Shown here one piece after another: positions 37,201-51,400 of a stretch of 64,000 bases of DNA (position 1 is its first letter; each line of letters starts with the position of its first letter). This DNA comes from Macrostomum hystrix. Lineage: Eukaryota > Animalia > Platyhelminthes. Made by a program: the position numbers and the translations under genes. The stretch covers positions 18,104,001 through 18,168,000 of the forward strand of contig CATNEN010000038.1 of the NCBI GenBank assembly GCA_950097015.1. Reading direction: 5' to 3'. The notes under the pieces were generated by a model. It was not told the origin of the DNA. It searched no databases and saw nothing but the letters and a program-made list of their open reading frames with translations.

Positions 37201-38935
37201 GTTTGCTTAAAGTAGCCAATTAAACATTTTAACATCGGCGGAAATTAATATTAAATTGATAAATTCCAACATGAGTTGGAAATTGAGGGGGTAGCATGAA
37301 TTATCGAATGTGATGCATGAATTATAGACGGGTAGCAATTTATTGAAATGGTGGCATGATTTATGGAGTAAATAAATAACAGGATTTATTGTCAGGGTGT
37401 AGCAAGATTCATCGAAGGGGTAACATTATTTATTTAGAGGTAGCAGTGAGTAGCATAAATTATCTAGGGGGTATAATGAATTATTGAGGTAGTAGCATGA
37501 ATTATAAACGGGTAGTATGATTTATAGGAGGGGTAGCATTGTTTCAGACTGAAAAACTTTCGTAATTGCTAAGATTTTTCCATGCAGGCTTAAGCTCCCC
37601 AAATTAAAGGGAAAGCATAGTTGCTAGTATTATTTCTATATCTACAATTTTATCTACAATATAAAGAAATCTGATCTACATCAGAATCTACATCAGAATC
37701 TACATTTTATCTACAATATGAAGAAACTTCGCAAAGATTATACTTATACTACTATACTGCTGTGAGTAGGTACTTAGAAAACGCTTGATCTTGTAGAGAA
37801 CCTGTTTTTGCTTGTAGCATATAGTTACTTGCACAACGCGAAGACGCATTCCCATTGGCTCTCGAATTGGCTCTCGATTCCCACTGGATCTGTAAAGCAA
37901 CTATATAATTGTTCGAACCAAATGCTGCAGACATAGGGCGAAAGAGTTACCTAGAGTTCGGCTAAAGTACCACCCAGGATTCTACGACTACAATGGTCAT
38001 GAAATGTCAGTTTGAGTGCTCAGTGTAGATTAGTAGTGCAGTGTGCTTAGTTTTAATTCAGTCAAAGTGCTAAACTTTAGAGAACGAATGCATTTGATAA
38101 TTAGAAAGCCAATAGATTTATAAGCCTTGCGAGACTCGACAGTACAATTCTGTAAATTATCTGTCAGACATATAATTTCCTAACCAAAAGAACTGCCCAG
38201 AGCTCGATGAAGCTCTATCGCGTCAGTTTGCTGGGCCGCTTCGTTTGTACGGCTCTGACAGTTTTGTCATTTGTCGTGGCTACAGAAGGCGACACCAGTC
38301 AGACAGGTAAGCTCAGATAGCCCCAATGAAATGGTTTGTCGACTTTATAGGCCTAACCAAACTCTGTTAAGCAAACATTCAGTGATATTTATCATTCGTG
38401 CTATCATTTTATTCGTCATAAAAATGGAGGTTTTGGTGCAAGGTAAGTGCGTTGCGGATAAGGTTGCAATGCCCTCGCCGAATTCACAAATTCGTTTATG
38501 GAATCTACTTATCTAAAGCCGTCGACGGTCGAGTGGGTAAAAAACTGTAACCTGGGAACCAGCATTCCCACCTCATCACATACGCAGATCTTCGAATTAA
38601 CCATTCAGTTAGTGCAATCACACAGCTAATGTGGGGAATAACGTACCCTTTTTAGTACGAGTATCTGTGAATTAAATTGCGCCCGCTAAGGCGAAAAAAA
38701 TCACAATTTATTGCCAGCTTTGGAAGTAAAATCTATATGCGATATCGAAATTAACTGTCTGGGGTGTACTCCATCGGTCACAATGTGCACACCGACTGCG
38801 TTTAAACGATATTTAACTTAAGAGGATTATCGCGATTCTGCTCAAAACCAACGTTACTCTAATCTAATCTAATTGATACATTTCACAAAAAATAAGCTCG
38901 TAACTAAATCGAGAACCTAATGTACAGGCTGCTTT

Positions 38936-39281
38936 GGTTCTGGGACGAGATCAAAGCTGATGTGGTGTTTGGGGCCAAGATCGAAGCTGATGTGGTGTTC
39001 TGGGACCAGATCAACGCTGATGTGGTGTTCTGGGACCAGATCAAAGCTGATGTGGTGTTCTGGGACCAGATCGAAGCTGATGTGGTGTTCTGGGACCAGA
39101 TCGAAGCTGATGTGGTGTTCTGGGACCAGATCAAAGCTGATGTGGTGTTCTGGGACCAGATCGAAGCTGATGTGGTGTTCTGGGACCAGATCGAAGCTTA
39201 TGTGGTGTTCTGGGACCAGATCGAGGTTGATGTGGTGTTCTGGGACCAGATCGAGACTGATGTGGTGTTTTGGGACCAGAT
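38936..39281. repeat. 30-bp minisatellite
   Basis: Unit TGGGACCAGATCGAAGCTGATGTGGTGTTC. Confidence 0.95.
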
Positions 39282-39400
39282 GATCGATGTCGTTCTGCAA
39301 GGAACGGACTGGGGCGAAGAGCTTTTAAGGTTGCATTTGGAGAGGACTGTTTGATGGGTTATCGTCTCTTAAAGCACTTAAAATTTAATCTCACTACAGA

Positions 39401-42400
39401 AGTCGGCTCAACTGAGCGTCTCTATCGCTTGAGTCTACTGGAGCTGCAATTGACTGACCAACGCGAGGTTCGAGTCGTTCTAAATCTGCGCTGCAACCAT
39501 CGATCGGCTGCTGAATGTCCAACAAGTCAGCTGGTTCTGAACCTCACACGCTCAGTGGGCCTCTACACTTGGTCCGAATCCAATTCGTCTAGTTTGCGGC
39601 GCGAAGCCGAAAGCGCTCTTTGCCAGTTCTCTGGCCGAGTTGTTCGAGTCGAGAGCGCTAAATTCACCTTCGCATCTATTAACCTGTGCCGCGGACCGGT
39701 AAGGGACCCCAAAATTGACTATGTTTTTGAAAAGCATTTCAGCAACACAGTACATCCATTTCCGTACATACTGCATCCTGAGCACTCATCTTTAACATTC
39801 CAAGCGTTCAAACATTGATATGTCTCTGGGGATGTCATAAAATTAATAAAAGTGTAGGATATACTAAACTCAACGGTACTGAAAAGTTTGATCTAATTCC
39901 TTTGTCTCATCTCTCCCGTCTCTCATCTCTCCTCTGTCTCATCTCACCCCTGTCTCATCTCACCCATGTATTTTCTTACAGTCAATGCGGCCCGCAGTCG
40001 TCTATAGGTTTTCTCTTTGGCCCTCTAGCTAATAAGTTTGCCGAGCCCTGCTCTAGCCAGTAGACTAAAAGCTCCGTTATATCGAACTAATCTTTCCCCT
40101 AACAGTTTGGCTTTATCGACACTGGAAGGCGTCCGCTCTTTATGCGGCCGTGGCCTCTGTCCTCGCTCGGTTTGAATGTCACCGCCGACTCGTTCACAGC
40201 CGCCCCAGGCAGCAAGGAACACCTGGAAAAAGCGTTTCGAGCCAAGACAATCCTCGTGCTGCTGTCAGATTATTCAAAGCCAGAAAATTTAACGATGAGT
40301 CAGATTAGTCCTGGCGATCCATTTGCGGGCCGGCGTTGCGTTGCACGTGAGTAACTAACCGCAGATTTTTCATTGCGTCATGGTTGCTGTTGCGTAATAA
40401 TCTTGAAACTGCCCAGCTGAACCTATTCTACATCTATATTGATAGATGTTTCAGCCATAGCTAACTATCCCTATTGAACCAAGTGTTACAGTTAGCGCGG
40501 ATGAATCTAGTTTTACGGACCGCTTGTATGAGTGAATATCTATGTAATTTGACTATAGACAACGACTTCGGTTGGGCTGTAGTGTGTTTCGAACCCGTTT
40601 TAACACGCGTAGGCTAAGTAAAATTATCATTGATATGTCTATTGCTATAACCAACGTAAATAGAGGGACATGATTCACAACTTTTTGACCCTAGCTCACT
40701 CTAGTCTGTTTCTTGGATATGTCTATGGTCCAAGCACTGTGATTAAAGCAAGTCCTTTACCAAGGACTTCTATATAATAGCATCTATATGCTATTCTATG
40801 CTAGATGCTATTATATAGAAGTCCTTGCCTTTACATTCATCGTTTATTATAAAATAGTGTATGATAAACGCCGTTTTATTCACCTTCTAAGAGACCATAA
40901 ACCGTGATGAATTAAAGCGGCATTGAGGCTATAAATGCACAAAATATAGTCATTAAAGTATCTGAATAGAATTGAATTGATGACTGATAACACAGCACAG
41001 AAGTGAGCGAATTAAATTAAATAGGCAAAATTCCTGCCGGATTAAAAAATAATTGCGCAAATCTAAAAAATGACTAAGCTCATAGTAAATTATAGTGACT
41101 GGATGCCATAAATTTGAAAAGCTTGATTTGGAATTCAGTTTTTGACACCGTGAGAAAACTATCCAAGTCGAGTGCCAGTGCACTGATTTTGTTAATTGGG
41201 TATATTACAGTAAACCTTCTATAATTCATCTGACAGACCAGATTCTGAATAGTCGATAATAAAACTTTGTTTACCAGATGTACGGGAATTGCGTGTGTTT
41301 ATATTTATTCTAACCAGTTTACACGTCCTGGTAGTTTTTGAAGACACGCTAGCCCTAGATTTTTTCTTGTTTGCTATGCCCCACAATACTGGCCGGATAG
41401 TCGTGCCCTGGGCGAGTATTATAAGTGCAGGGGCAAATTCTCCTACCGGTGCCACCTTTCTACCTCAGTTTAGCCACCCCACTAATCTTATTTTAATCCT
41501 AGAAAAATGTGCGCAACATTCAAATAGCAGCTGGGAAGTCTTCAAATTGTCAAATTCATCCCACCACCAATTGGCGAAAAGGAAAAGCCGACAGAGGTAT
41601 ATAGTTACAGAAATATTAATAGAGAGGTAGAGAGACGTGAAGGTGGCGCAGAGCAGGGTTTGGGCGATTTGCAGTGAATGGCAAGCTAAACTCCACCATA
41701 TGGCTCGTAGAGGCTGCACTAGCTGCACACGATTCGCTGGCTATGCGTAAAAAACCTACCCGAACCTAAAAAAACCAGCAAGATATTCTGTGCGGCCCAC
41801 TGCGCAGAAGACAGAAAATACGGCCCCAGCAAGGCAGCCCGCCATTCATCATTGACTCCGCTTGCCCGTGACAGACCGCTTGTATCCAGGCATGCGGAAG
41901 AAAAACTTGTTATCTAGATTTTTTGCTTCAGTAAAAAACAGTCAATAATTCATGCAATTGTCTCCAGTCTATAAACGAATCATAATAGCAATGGGTACAG
42001 TTCTTAATAGTGAGCTGGATGTTTTTACACGGAACATCTAGTATATAATAAATTACGTAACACTTCTGCGTGAGTGGCAGAGCGATAATCGCGCTTGTCA
42101 CTCGCACCAAGGTTCCTGAGCTCGATTCCGCGGCGAGGCCACATTAATTTGGGGCGCAGTCGCGAAAGAAGGCTTAGGGGCTTGTCGGGCAATTCACGCC
42201 CTTGAGGGCCAACCTCCAATGCACAGTGAGAGTTTGCACTGCCTAACTATAAGAAACATCGTGTGTGCACACCTATGTGACCGTATGCCTGCGTGCGGAA
42301 TCTGTGTGCGTGTGAATGAAAGACTAAGAGACATTTTTCTGTATAGTTTAGGTGGTTGATTGATAGATAGAATCGAAATTTGATTTAGCCTCAGCAATAG

Positions 42401-45400
42401 GCTTCCCTTTGGGCGGAGAGTCGAACTCCGGACCTGTCACAAAACTATCTTTCAAAAAATCTGTAAAGTATACATCTGTTCCTGTGGGATGCTTAGAAGA
42501 AAATGGATAATACATGATCAGAGCCAATCCGGCTAGTAATTTCTCCGGTCACTGTGCTGCAACAGCAGCAGCAGCAGCAGGCACTACAATAGTGCGCGTT
42601 TAGGACCTAAATAGAATTCACAGCATTACTGCTACCGCCGTATTCCAAGGGTTAAACCGGTTTTAAAACTGTCGGCCCGTCTATTGGCCTGTCATTAATC
42701 AGGTCAAAAGTCAATGCTTGAAGAAGAACAAGACGAAAAGAGAGGAAACGATTTGGTCGGTAGATAGGGAAGGAATATTGCTGCCAGTATATTTCCCGTT
42801 TCCGCGCCAGTTAGTCCATAAAACTAGGCTGAATAATAGAGTTTTCAAGAGCGTATTGCGGTCAGTAGTGTTTATCAGTGTTAACACCATTTCCTCACCA
42901 TAAAATGTACCCGGAATAAACGCGCCTTCTCGCCGTTGGGTGCAGGTGGCGGGTAGCACAACATAAATATACAACTGGTACCTTTGATGGTTTTTTGTAT
43001 TTACAATCTACAGCGTGTGAACAGGTTCGGGAGCATTGTATATGTATCACGTGACCACTCGACAGTATCTCAAGTCCACTCGTTAAATTGCTAATATATA
43101 AACTATATAGGAAAATATGTGATCTGTCGCAGCGCGGAGCTGTTAACGGCAAGTAGGCAATTAGGGGCAGCCTTTTAGGGGCTGTGGTGACCCGGCCAAA
43201 GGGGACCACTTTTGAACTACTTTAAGCATGACTTCCCAAATAATCAAAGGGGCTAAATGATAGGGCCGCCATTAACGCGTTTGTCTCTCGCACCATAGTC
43301 ACTTGAGCTCGATTCCTTGGCGAGTTGTGAAATGATGCACCAGTGCTCACATGCAGTCCTCCAGCAAATATATTGACCTTACGGTGTGAACGTGTAACTT
43401 TCCGTCCAGCCACAACCCTTCCAAGGAGGATGCGGGATTCAGTTTTTGTATACACCCGCTAAGGAAATTCTGTTGGTTAGAAACGAACTTTCTAACACCG
43501 TAGCAGTTTAAGGGGCTGATCTAGATCGTGCCATCGGTTCTCGGTTGCACGCAGCACCCCCTGCCTCTGCTATTATTCTAAAGACTAACCAGACCGTTAG
43601 ACCGGAACCAAGTCGATTTGGTCCCACCTACTATAATGCACTTTTCTGAATGTTACAAGGCCGGAAGACTTACAGTCTGAACTAGGCTTCACTCCTCTTT
43701 AAGCATAGTCTTTCTGTTGCTAAAATTCTAGAAGTGTCGTGTTTCGCATCTGGCTTATACTATTTTATTACACGACATTTTTTTGTTGGGCACTTGGAAG
43801 ACTGCATGCTTTTCCAGCAAAGTTGTCTGCTTTAGCCTGCCAAGATAGGATTTTATGAGAGAGACCAGACACAACAGACGATCAATCATGTTTGCCGGAA
43901 GAAACAAAATAAATTTTATGTTCCGGTACTGCGCTATCTATCTTCATTCATTAAAGCTGTAGTTGCCGCTCCGTTCCGTTTTTTGAAAAGCTATTTGATT
44001 CTAAGTTCGCATCAAAATTTCAGAATGTCATTGCCAGAGCTATGATACTGTTAAGTAGTATGCACATTGATGAAGCCTTGATATAATCGCAAAATTTTCG
44101 TGTTTCCGGCTCATTTTCCCAGATTCCTATCGAGAAGTCACATTTATTACCAACAATTCAGGCCAAGCAACAGCGTCAGTTTTTTTTCGCTCCAAACTGC
44201 ACAAAGTGAATGAGTCATCCAACACTTGCATGTCCTTTAATTCCTGCAATCTCTACAATATGGTAAAAAAGAATTCCTTTTCTTGCCTTCTTTCGACACT
44301 TGGTCCGAGAAATCTGCACAAGATTCGCTAGGCTAATTTTTTAAACTAAGACTGTACGCGATCCCCATGCAGATGACGCGCGGGAGCGGATTGTACCAAA
44401 AACGGCGACGACCCGCGGAATCCTTAGGTCTGCACGATTCACTTCCACCTGCTGCGGAGACTGCGGAAAGCAAATGCTTGTATTGGAAGGGACCCACATT
44501 TTCAATCTGCATGCCAGCGATTTCTAAAACTCTCTGACTGTGTGTGTGGTCCGGTCGTCTGATGTGGAATTTCATGGCGAGACTTTCCTAATAATTTCTG
44601 GCTGAATAAATGGGGTCAAATAAGGACAATTTTTGTATCGGCTGGACAAAAGAAGTTAAATATCGCAGATTTAGACGGGTTGGCGACTTCCGGCCCGCCG
44701 GCAAGAACATGAGCGTACGGCAGCGAAGCTCTTGAACGTGGAAATTGGACCCTTCCACCTGTCTCCACTCGCACCTGTCTCATCTCTTCTATTGTCTCAT
44801 CTCGATCTACCGTGTCTCATCTCTTCCATTGTCTCATCTCGATCTACCGTGTCTCATCTCTTCTATTGTCTCATCTAGATCTACCGTGTCTCATCTCTTC
44901 TATTGTCTCATCTCGAACTACCGTGTCTCATCTCTTCCATTGTCTCATCTCGATCTACCGTGTCTCATCTCTTTCATTGTCTCATCTCGATCTACCGTGT
45001 CTCATCTCTTTCATTGTCTCATCTCGATCTACCGTGTCTCATCTCTTCCATTGTTTCATCTCGATCTACCGTGTCTCATCTCTCCCGGGTCTTATCTCTA
45101 TTATGTCTCATCTCTACCATGTCTCATCTCTCCCGTGTCTCGTCTCTCCAATGTCTCATCTCGATCTACCGGTCTCATCTCTCCTGTGTTTTATCTCTCC
45201 CGTGTCTCATCTCTCCTGTGTTTTATCTCTCCCGTGTCTCATCTCTCCCGTGTCTCATCTCTCCCGTGTCTCATCTCTCCTGTTTTTAGTTTTGGCGCAA
45301 GTGATTGCCAACCCCTGTTGTATACTAGTAACCAATGCTCTGAACTGATCATCAGTTACCTTAGTCTCATTTGATTGCGTCACTCATCAGGTGCTCCACC

Positions 45401-48400
45401 CGACGAAGGCCGTTATAAAGCGTCTAATCGAGTGATCAATCAACCGGCCAGTCACCGCAGAGTTCCAAGATCAACAACTTCGGACGCGACAATAGACGAA
45501 ATTGTCAATCATCGATTTGTGGAAATACTATTTGTGGTCGACTCCAGCATTGTGGCCTTTCATCAAAATATTTTAGATGACTTTGTGTTCGGAATTTTAG
45601 GCATTGTGAGTTCGCAGACTAAACGCTATAGGTTGTGAACTTAATTATTTCGTTAGCATGAAATCCAACGCAAAAAAATGTAAACCATTTCCAGGCCCAA
45701 GGCATGTTCAGAGACCCACAGTTGGAGGAGAACATTGAGCTCAGCTTGGCCAGCATCTATCGACTCACAACGGAGGAAGAGGTTTATAAATTTGCTATAA
45801 CTTACCTGGAATTTATCGCAGTCAAATACGAGCTCATAGCACACGAATCGTATAATAATGTGGTCTCTCGGCACATGCTGTTGTAGCCTAGCAGGGGTTG
45901 TATAGCTCAGTGGTAAGAGCGTCGGACTTACGACTTGAAGGTCCAGCGTTCGATTCCCAAATCCATTGAAACAATTTGTATCCTTTAGCAAGCCACTTAA
46001 CACAGTGTTGCTTCAGTTCACCCAGCTGTTAAACTAGGGTGGGTGTGACGCTCCTTCAGTCCATGGACTGAACATCCGTACGCAGCATTCAGCCTACGTA
46101 GCCCTCCTGTTGTATCCTACCTCCCTTAATGTCGCAACAATATCGAAATACACTTGGAAATTATTTACTATTTCAAGCATCCATCAAAACAACGATAGGT
46201 AAACCAAAAAAATTACTTATAGAAAAACAAGAAAAAAACAGCTCATTTTTTGACTCAGGCCAAGATCATGACTCGCGCGACCGATCAAGTGGCCAGCGAC
46301 GTTCTCGATTCGTTCAACAGCTGGACAGCCACCCTGCATCAGTCAAGATTTGGGCAGTCTGTTTCGTGGGATATTTCAGTACTACTTACAAGGCATGTAG
46401 TCGCATCTTGTTTTTAAACAGGAATTGTTCAATGACAAAGGAGAGGGTTTTCTCCGCTCGCTCTAACTTTCCACCCAAACACACAAAACTGCAGGAAGTA
46501 CCTGTTCTCATTTGTCGACTACAATGGACATCTGAACAAAGATCCTGTACTTGGTAAGGACCAAGTCTTAATTCTTTCTGTTGAATAAATTTGGGCTAAT
46601 GCGGACAATTGAATGACTTCCAGGCATAACAACATACCGATCAATGTGCGAAATGCAACGAAATGGCATTCTGCTGCAGGAGATCGGCCTACAGTCCGGC
46701 TTCTCATTGGCGCACGAGCTGGGTCACACGTAATTTATATAATTTAGTGGAAGGGGTTGCGGGCTAGTGGAAGGGGTTGCGGGCTAGTGGAAGGGGTTGT
46801 AGGCTAGTGGAAGGGGTTGTAGGCTAGTTCAAGGGGTTTTAGCCTAGTGGAAGGGGTTGTAGGCTAGTGGAAGGGGTTGTAGGCTAGTGCAAGGGGTTTT
46901 AGCCTAGTGGAAGGGGTTGTAGGCTAGTGGAAGGCGTTTTAGGCTAGTGCAAGGGGTTGCAGGCTAGTGGAAGGGGTTTTAGCCTAGTGGAAGGGGTTGT
47001 AGGCTAGTGGAAGGGGTTTTAGCCTAGTGGAAGGGGTTGCAGGCTAGTGGAAGGGGTTTTAGCCTAGTGGAAGGGGTTGTAGGCTAGTGGAAGGGGTTGT
47101 AGGCTAGTGGAAGGGGTTGTAGGCTAGTGGAAGGGGTTGTAGGCTAGTGGAAGGGGTTGTAGGCTAGTGGAAGGGGTTGTAGGCTAGTGCAAGGGGTTTT
47201 AGCCTAGTGGAAGGGGTTGTAGGCTAGTGGAAGGCGTTTTAGGCTAGTGCAAGGGGTTGCAGGCTAGTGGAAGGGGTTTTAGCCTAGTGGAAGGGGTTGT
47301 AGGCTAGTGGAAGGGGTTTTAGCCTAGTGGAAGGGGTTGCAGGCTAGTGGAAGGGGTTTTAGCCTAGTGGAAGGGGTTGTAGGCTAGTGGAAGGGGTTGT
47401 AGGCTAGTGGAAGGGGTTGTAGGCTAGTGGAAGGGGTTGTAGGCTAGTGGAAGGGGTTGTAGGCTAGTGGAAGGGGTTGTAGGCTAGTGCAAGGGGTTGC
47501 AGGCTAGTGGAAGGGGTTTTAGCCTAGTGGAAGGGGTTGTAGGCTAGTGGAAGGGGTTGTAGGCTAGTGGAAGGGGTTGTAGGCTAGTGGAAGGCGTTTT
47601 AGCCTAGTGGAAGGGGTGTAGCTTGGTGGTTAGAGCGTCGGACTCACGACTTTAAAGTCGGGGGTTCGATTCGTAACAAATTGTGTCCTATAATAAGACA
47701 CAAACTCTGCATTTTATTAGTTCACACAACTGTTAAATAGGCACCAGCATCGGGTGGAGGTAATTGATGGTGGGTGTGGTGTCCCCCAGTCCATGGACTA
47801 AACAGCCGTACTCAGCCTTCTGATGCGCCGTGGCTCATCTGGTCCAATGGGGGCAGGTGAAATCAGTTATTTTTATGATTTTAAATTGTCTGTTGACTGG
47901 GGAGACCCATTTTAGGACTCGGTGACGCTTTTCATTCTTGGTTGTAACCTTTTATTTTTTATAATAAAAATCACGAGGGTAGTCTTCTGCTTTCATTTCT
48001 CATTTGAAAAAGTCTACTGCAAAGCTATGGAATTCTGCAAGAGTTTCTATTCGATTTAGATCCAACAATTTCAGTGCTTTGCATTCATAAAAACTCGATT
48101 TGAAGTGCGGAAGAATGACGACGAGTGTGAATTCGTTGTAAGGGCCGCACTGGGGATTTTAATTTGTTTATACGATCGGAAAATCCCGTACTAGCGTATT
48201 TCGTAAACTGGCTTAGCAATCTCGGTGGTCCCAACCAGAATCCAAACATCGTTTTGATTGATGCCCATTTGGAGGCTAAAGTATTTGTTTAACTTTAATT
48301 TGATTTCCCGGAAAATCCTGACGCTAGCTGTGAAGCTAGGATTCAAAAGTTACTTGGAGCTTGACTGGTACTCCTAATAGTAGTATCGGCAATTTTTATT

Positions 48401-51400
48401 AATAAGTAAAAATTCCGATTTTTAATCAACAAGTTCATCGGCTCTAAAATAACTAGCTCTATTCATTTAAGCAAACTGTAAAATGTAAGCAAATATTTCA
48501 TCAACTTTGTAGTGCTTAGATGATTGAAATGAAGCACCACACTTGAGATCAAATAGACAAAAAAGTTTCAAGGATTGACACTTCATCATTTCTTCCCACA
48601 GGTTCAATATGTACCACGACGATTCGGTAGTGTGTTCGCGGAAGCTGTATCCAAATGAGGCGAATGGAAATTATATCATGGACTCATCTCTGCACCCAAG
48701 CACGTATCCGTGGACCTGGTCAATTTGTAGCAAGCTGCACCTGCGAAAGTTCTTTCGGTGAGAAACTAATAAACAACGGGAAATAATAAAGGACGAATAA
48801 AGACCGATTGTTGCACGTCTGGAATGTCTATGGCCATTTATATGGGCTTGCTGTATCTGTCTCGCTAAACAACCGAAAACTTTGACCATAGAAATTTGGA
48901 GCGTGCAACGATGATGTATTGTGGCAGAGCACCCTCGGTAAAAAATAGGAGTGCCATAGCCTGGACAGTATCAGATTCATATCACTGTCAAATCTAATCT
49001 TGAAAATAAGACTTAATTTTCTAGGGCTTTGGTAATAAAAAATATTTTACTTTTTAAAATGTAACTGACTTCTTTCATCGCAACTATAATCAAAAACCCT
49101 CAGCACAAGCCAATCAGACTGCACCAGACAGCGCAGCCAACCAGTGGTGCTGCATCAGCAGAAGTCTAGAAGATCATCGGCTAATCGCTTTTATCCGCGT
49201 TTCACAGTGGACGAACAGTGCCAGCTATTGTTCGGCGCAGAGGCCTCCCAATGCGATGCAGTGCGCATTTTGGTGGACAATTTTTCTTGCTTCATTTTAA
49301 ATCAATGCCTATCGATAAAGTTTCAAATTTTCAGACTCTGAAAGCATGCGGCATTCTGTGGTGTCGCGTATCAGTCTCGCAAAATAAATCAATCTGCTGG
49401 TCAAAAAAAGTTGTCTGGGCACCTGGCACTCCATGCGGTGTGGATAAAGTAAGAGGTGTCAATTAGTACTTTTGCAAGTGCAAAAGCTTTGTTGATTTAA
49501 AAATTGTGAGCTTGAAACACTTCCGCAAAAAGAGAAGCGATGGTGTTAATGTTTTCTAATTGAAAACCGCATCATTCATGCACAGATTTGCTTAGACGGA
49601 GAATGCGTCGCGGAAATACATGGTGCCATCAACGGTGGCTGGAGTCAATGGAGCGAATGGACAAAATGCTCGGCCGACTGCGGTGGCGGCGTCAGATGGC
49701 GCCGGAGATTTTGCGACAATCCAAGGTAAGTCTTAATGATTATAATTCAAGCTGAAGAATATGAAGAATAAAAAAAATTTGCTATAAAACAATATATATT
49801 GACTGAAAATCGATAAATTAAGGCCAAGGCGAGGCGGCGCATTTTGCCATGGCCAACGGGCTGTTGTTGAGACATGCGGCCGCGGTGCCTGTCTAAGGAC
49901 TGGGACAAAAGCAGCACCGTCTATCGGCGACTTGGGTAGCGGAACGACAGCTCGAGACGCACAGTGCGCTGATTTCGCGTTTCGCCAGCAGTTGGATAGC
50001 AATCAGTTATCAGGTGGCAGCGGTGGGATGCCAGCTAAAATTGGTCAACAAGAGGCTTTCGCGCTACACCCAAGACGTGAGTTCTACTAGTTAAAAGTAG
50101 CATTTTAAATAGGTCAACGATCAAGTTCAAACCTGTTGATTTAAACTACGAGTATAAATATATCGCTTCCTTGAAGATATTTCTATGCCAGCCTTCTTAG
50201 CACATCGCTACCCCACTTCAGTGTCATCTACTTCGCGATGTAGCTCCGTGACTTGCTCTGTTCATTCTATGGATATTGGAACTGGCCCGAGACTAGCCAG
50301 AATATTCACTGTAGATCGTGTCCGAGATGGTGCACCCTGCCATCCGTTTGAATATGGAGTGTGTATTGGCGGTGTCTGCCAGGTAATACACAGGCATTGC
50401 TAAATTATAGATGTTTTATGTCTCCGAATTTTCCCAAAAATTATTTATCGAAATTTTCCTCGACTGCCCAGCCCACGGGCTGCGATGGTGTCCTAAATTC
50501 GGACAAACGGTGGGACGTCTGTGGTGTCTGCGGCGGTCGCAACGAGACTTGTCATTTAAAGACAAGATCCCTGACTGTCAACATTACTTATGGTAAGGAG
50601 TACATTCTTTGTGCGCCAGAAAAGTTTTTAGCTCTCGCTTCAAGATAATTGTTGACTTTTTTAATAAGAAAAATCTATCATTTTTGCATAAAACGAAAAC
50701 TATTTTCAGAGTCCTCGTATCTTTATACATTCAGTCAAGGCTCCAGTAGCATTAAACTGACTACGACAGGTGGAAGCGGTCGTTTCTGCACATTTGGTAT
50801 GAACTAATACTGAATACGAAAGAACATTTTCAAAATGACCTTTTATTTGTCGTGCTATTTGTCCTGTAATATTTCAACGCAATGATTACTTCATTTCTGT
50901 TTCGGATAGAAATCCAATCGTCGAACGTCTCCTCTGGAACCTGGAAGTCGGCAGAAGCATTGTATTTGAATGGCAACGCAATGAAAACAAACCTGGGAGT
51001 GTCGATCGCACAATCGCAGAGCAGAAAGCAAAGTATTTTTGAGACTGGGCACTATTTGCAAATCCTATCCAGCGCGACTCCACAACACCTAGAGGAGGAA
51101 TATTTAGTTTCTGGTGTCTGGATTGTTCTTGTAAAGCGAGAGGGTGACTGGCATCTTCATGGCATTGGAAGGCTAGCTAACAATTTGTCGATTCGAATAA
51201 GTTCAGTTGAACAGGAAGGGCAGACAGCTGCAGCGAGCGTCAAGAAAGAAATTGGGATCGAAAGCCAAGAATTCGTTCCCAATTTGAGGATAAGGGCATC
51301 TGTAGCTAGCGAGTGCAGTCGTCGTTGCCAAGGACGCCAGTCGCTGGAGCATGTGTGCGAAGACATCAGCGAAGTTAGTGGCGTCAAGCGACTACCTCTA

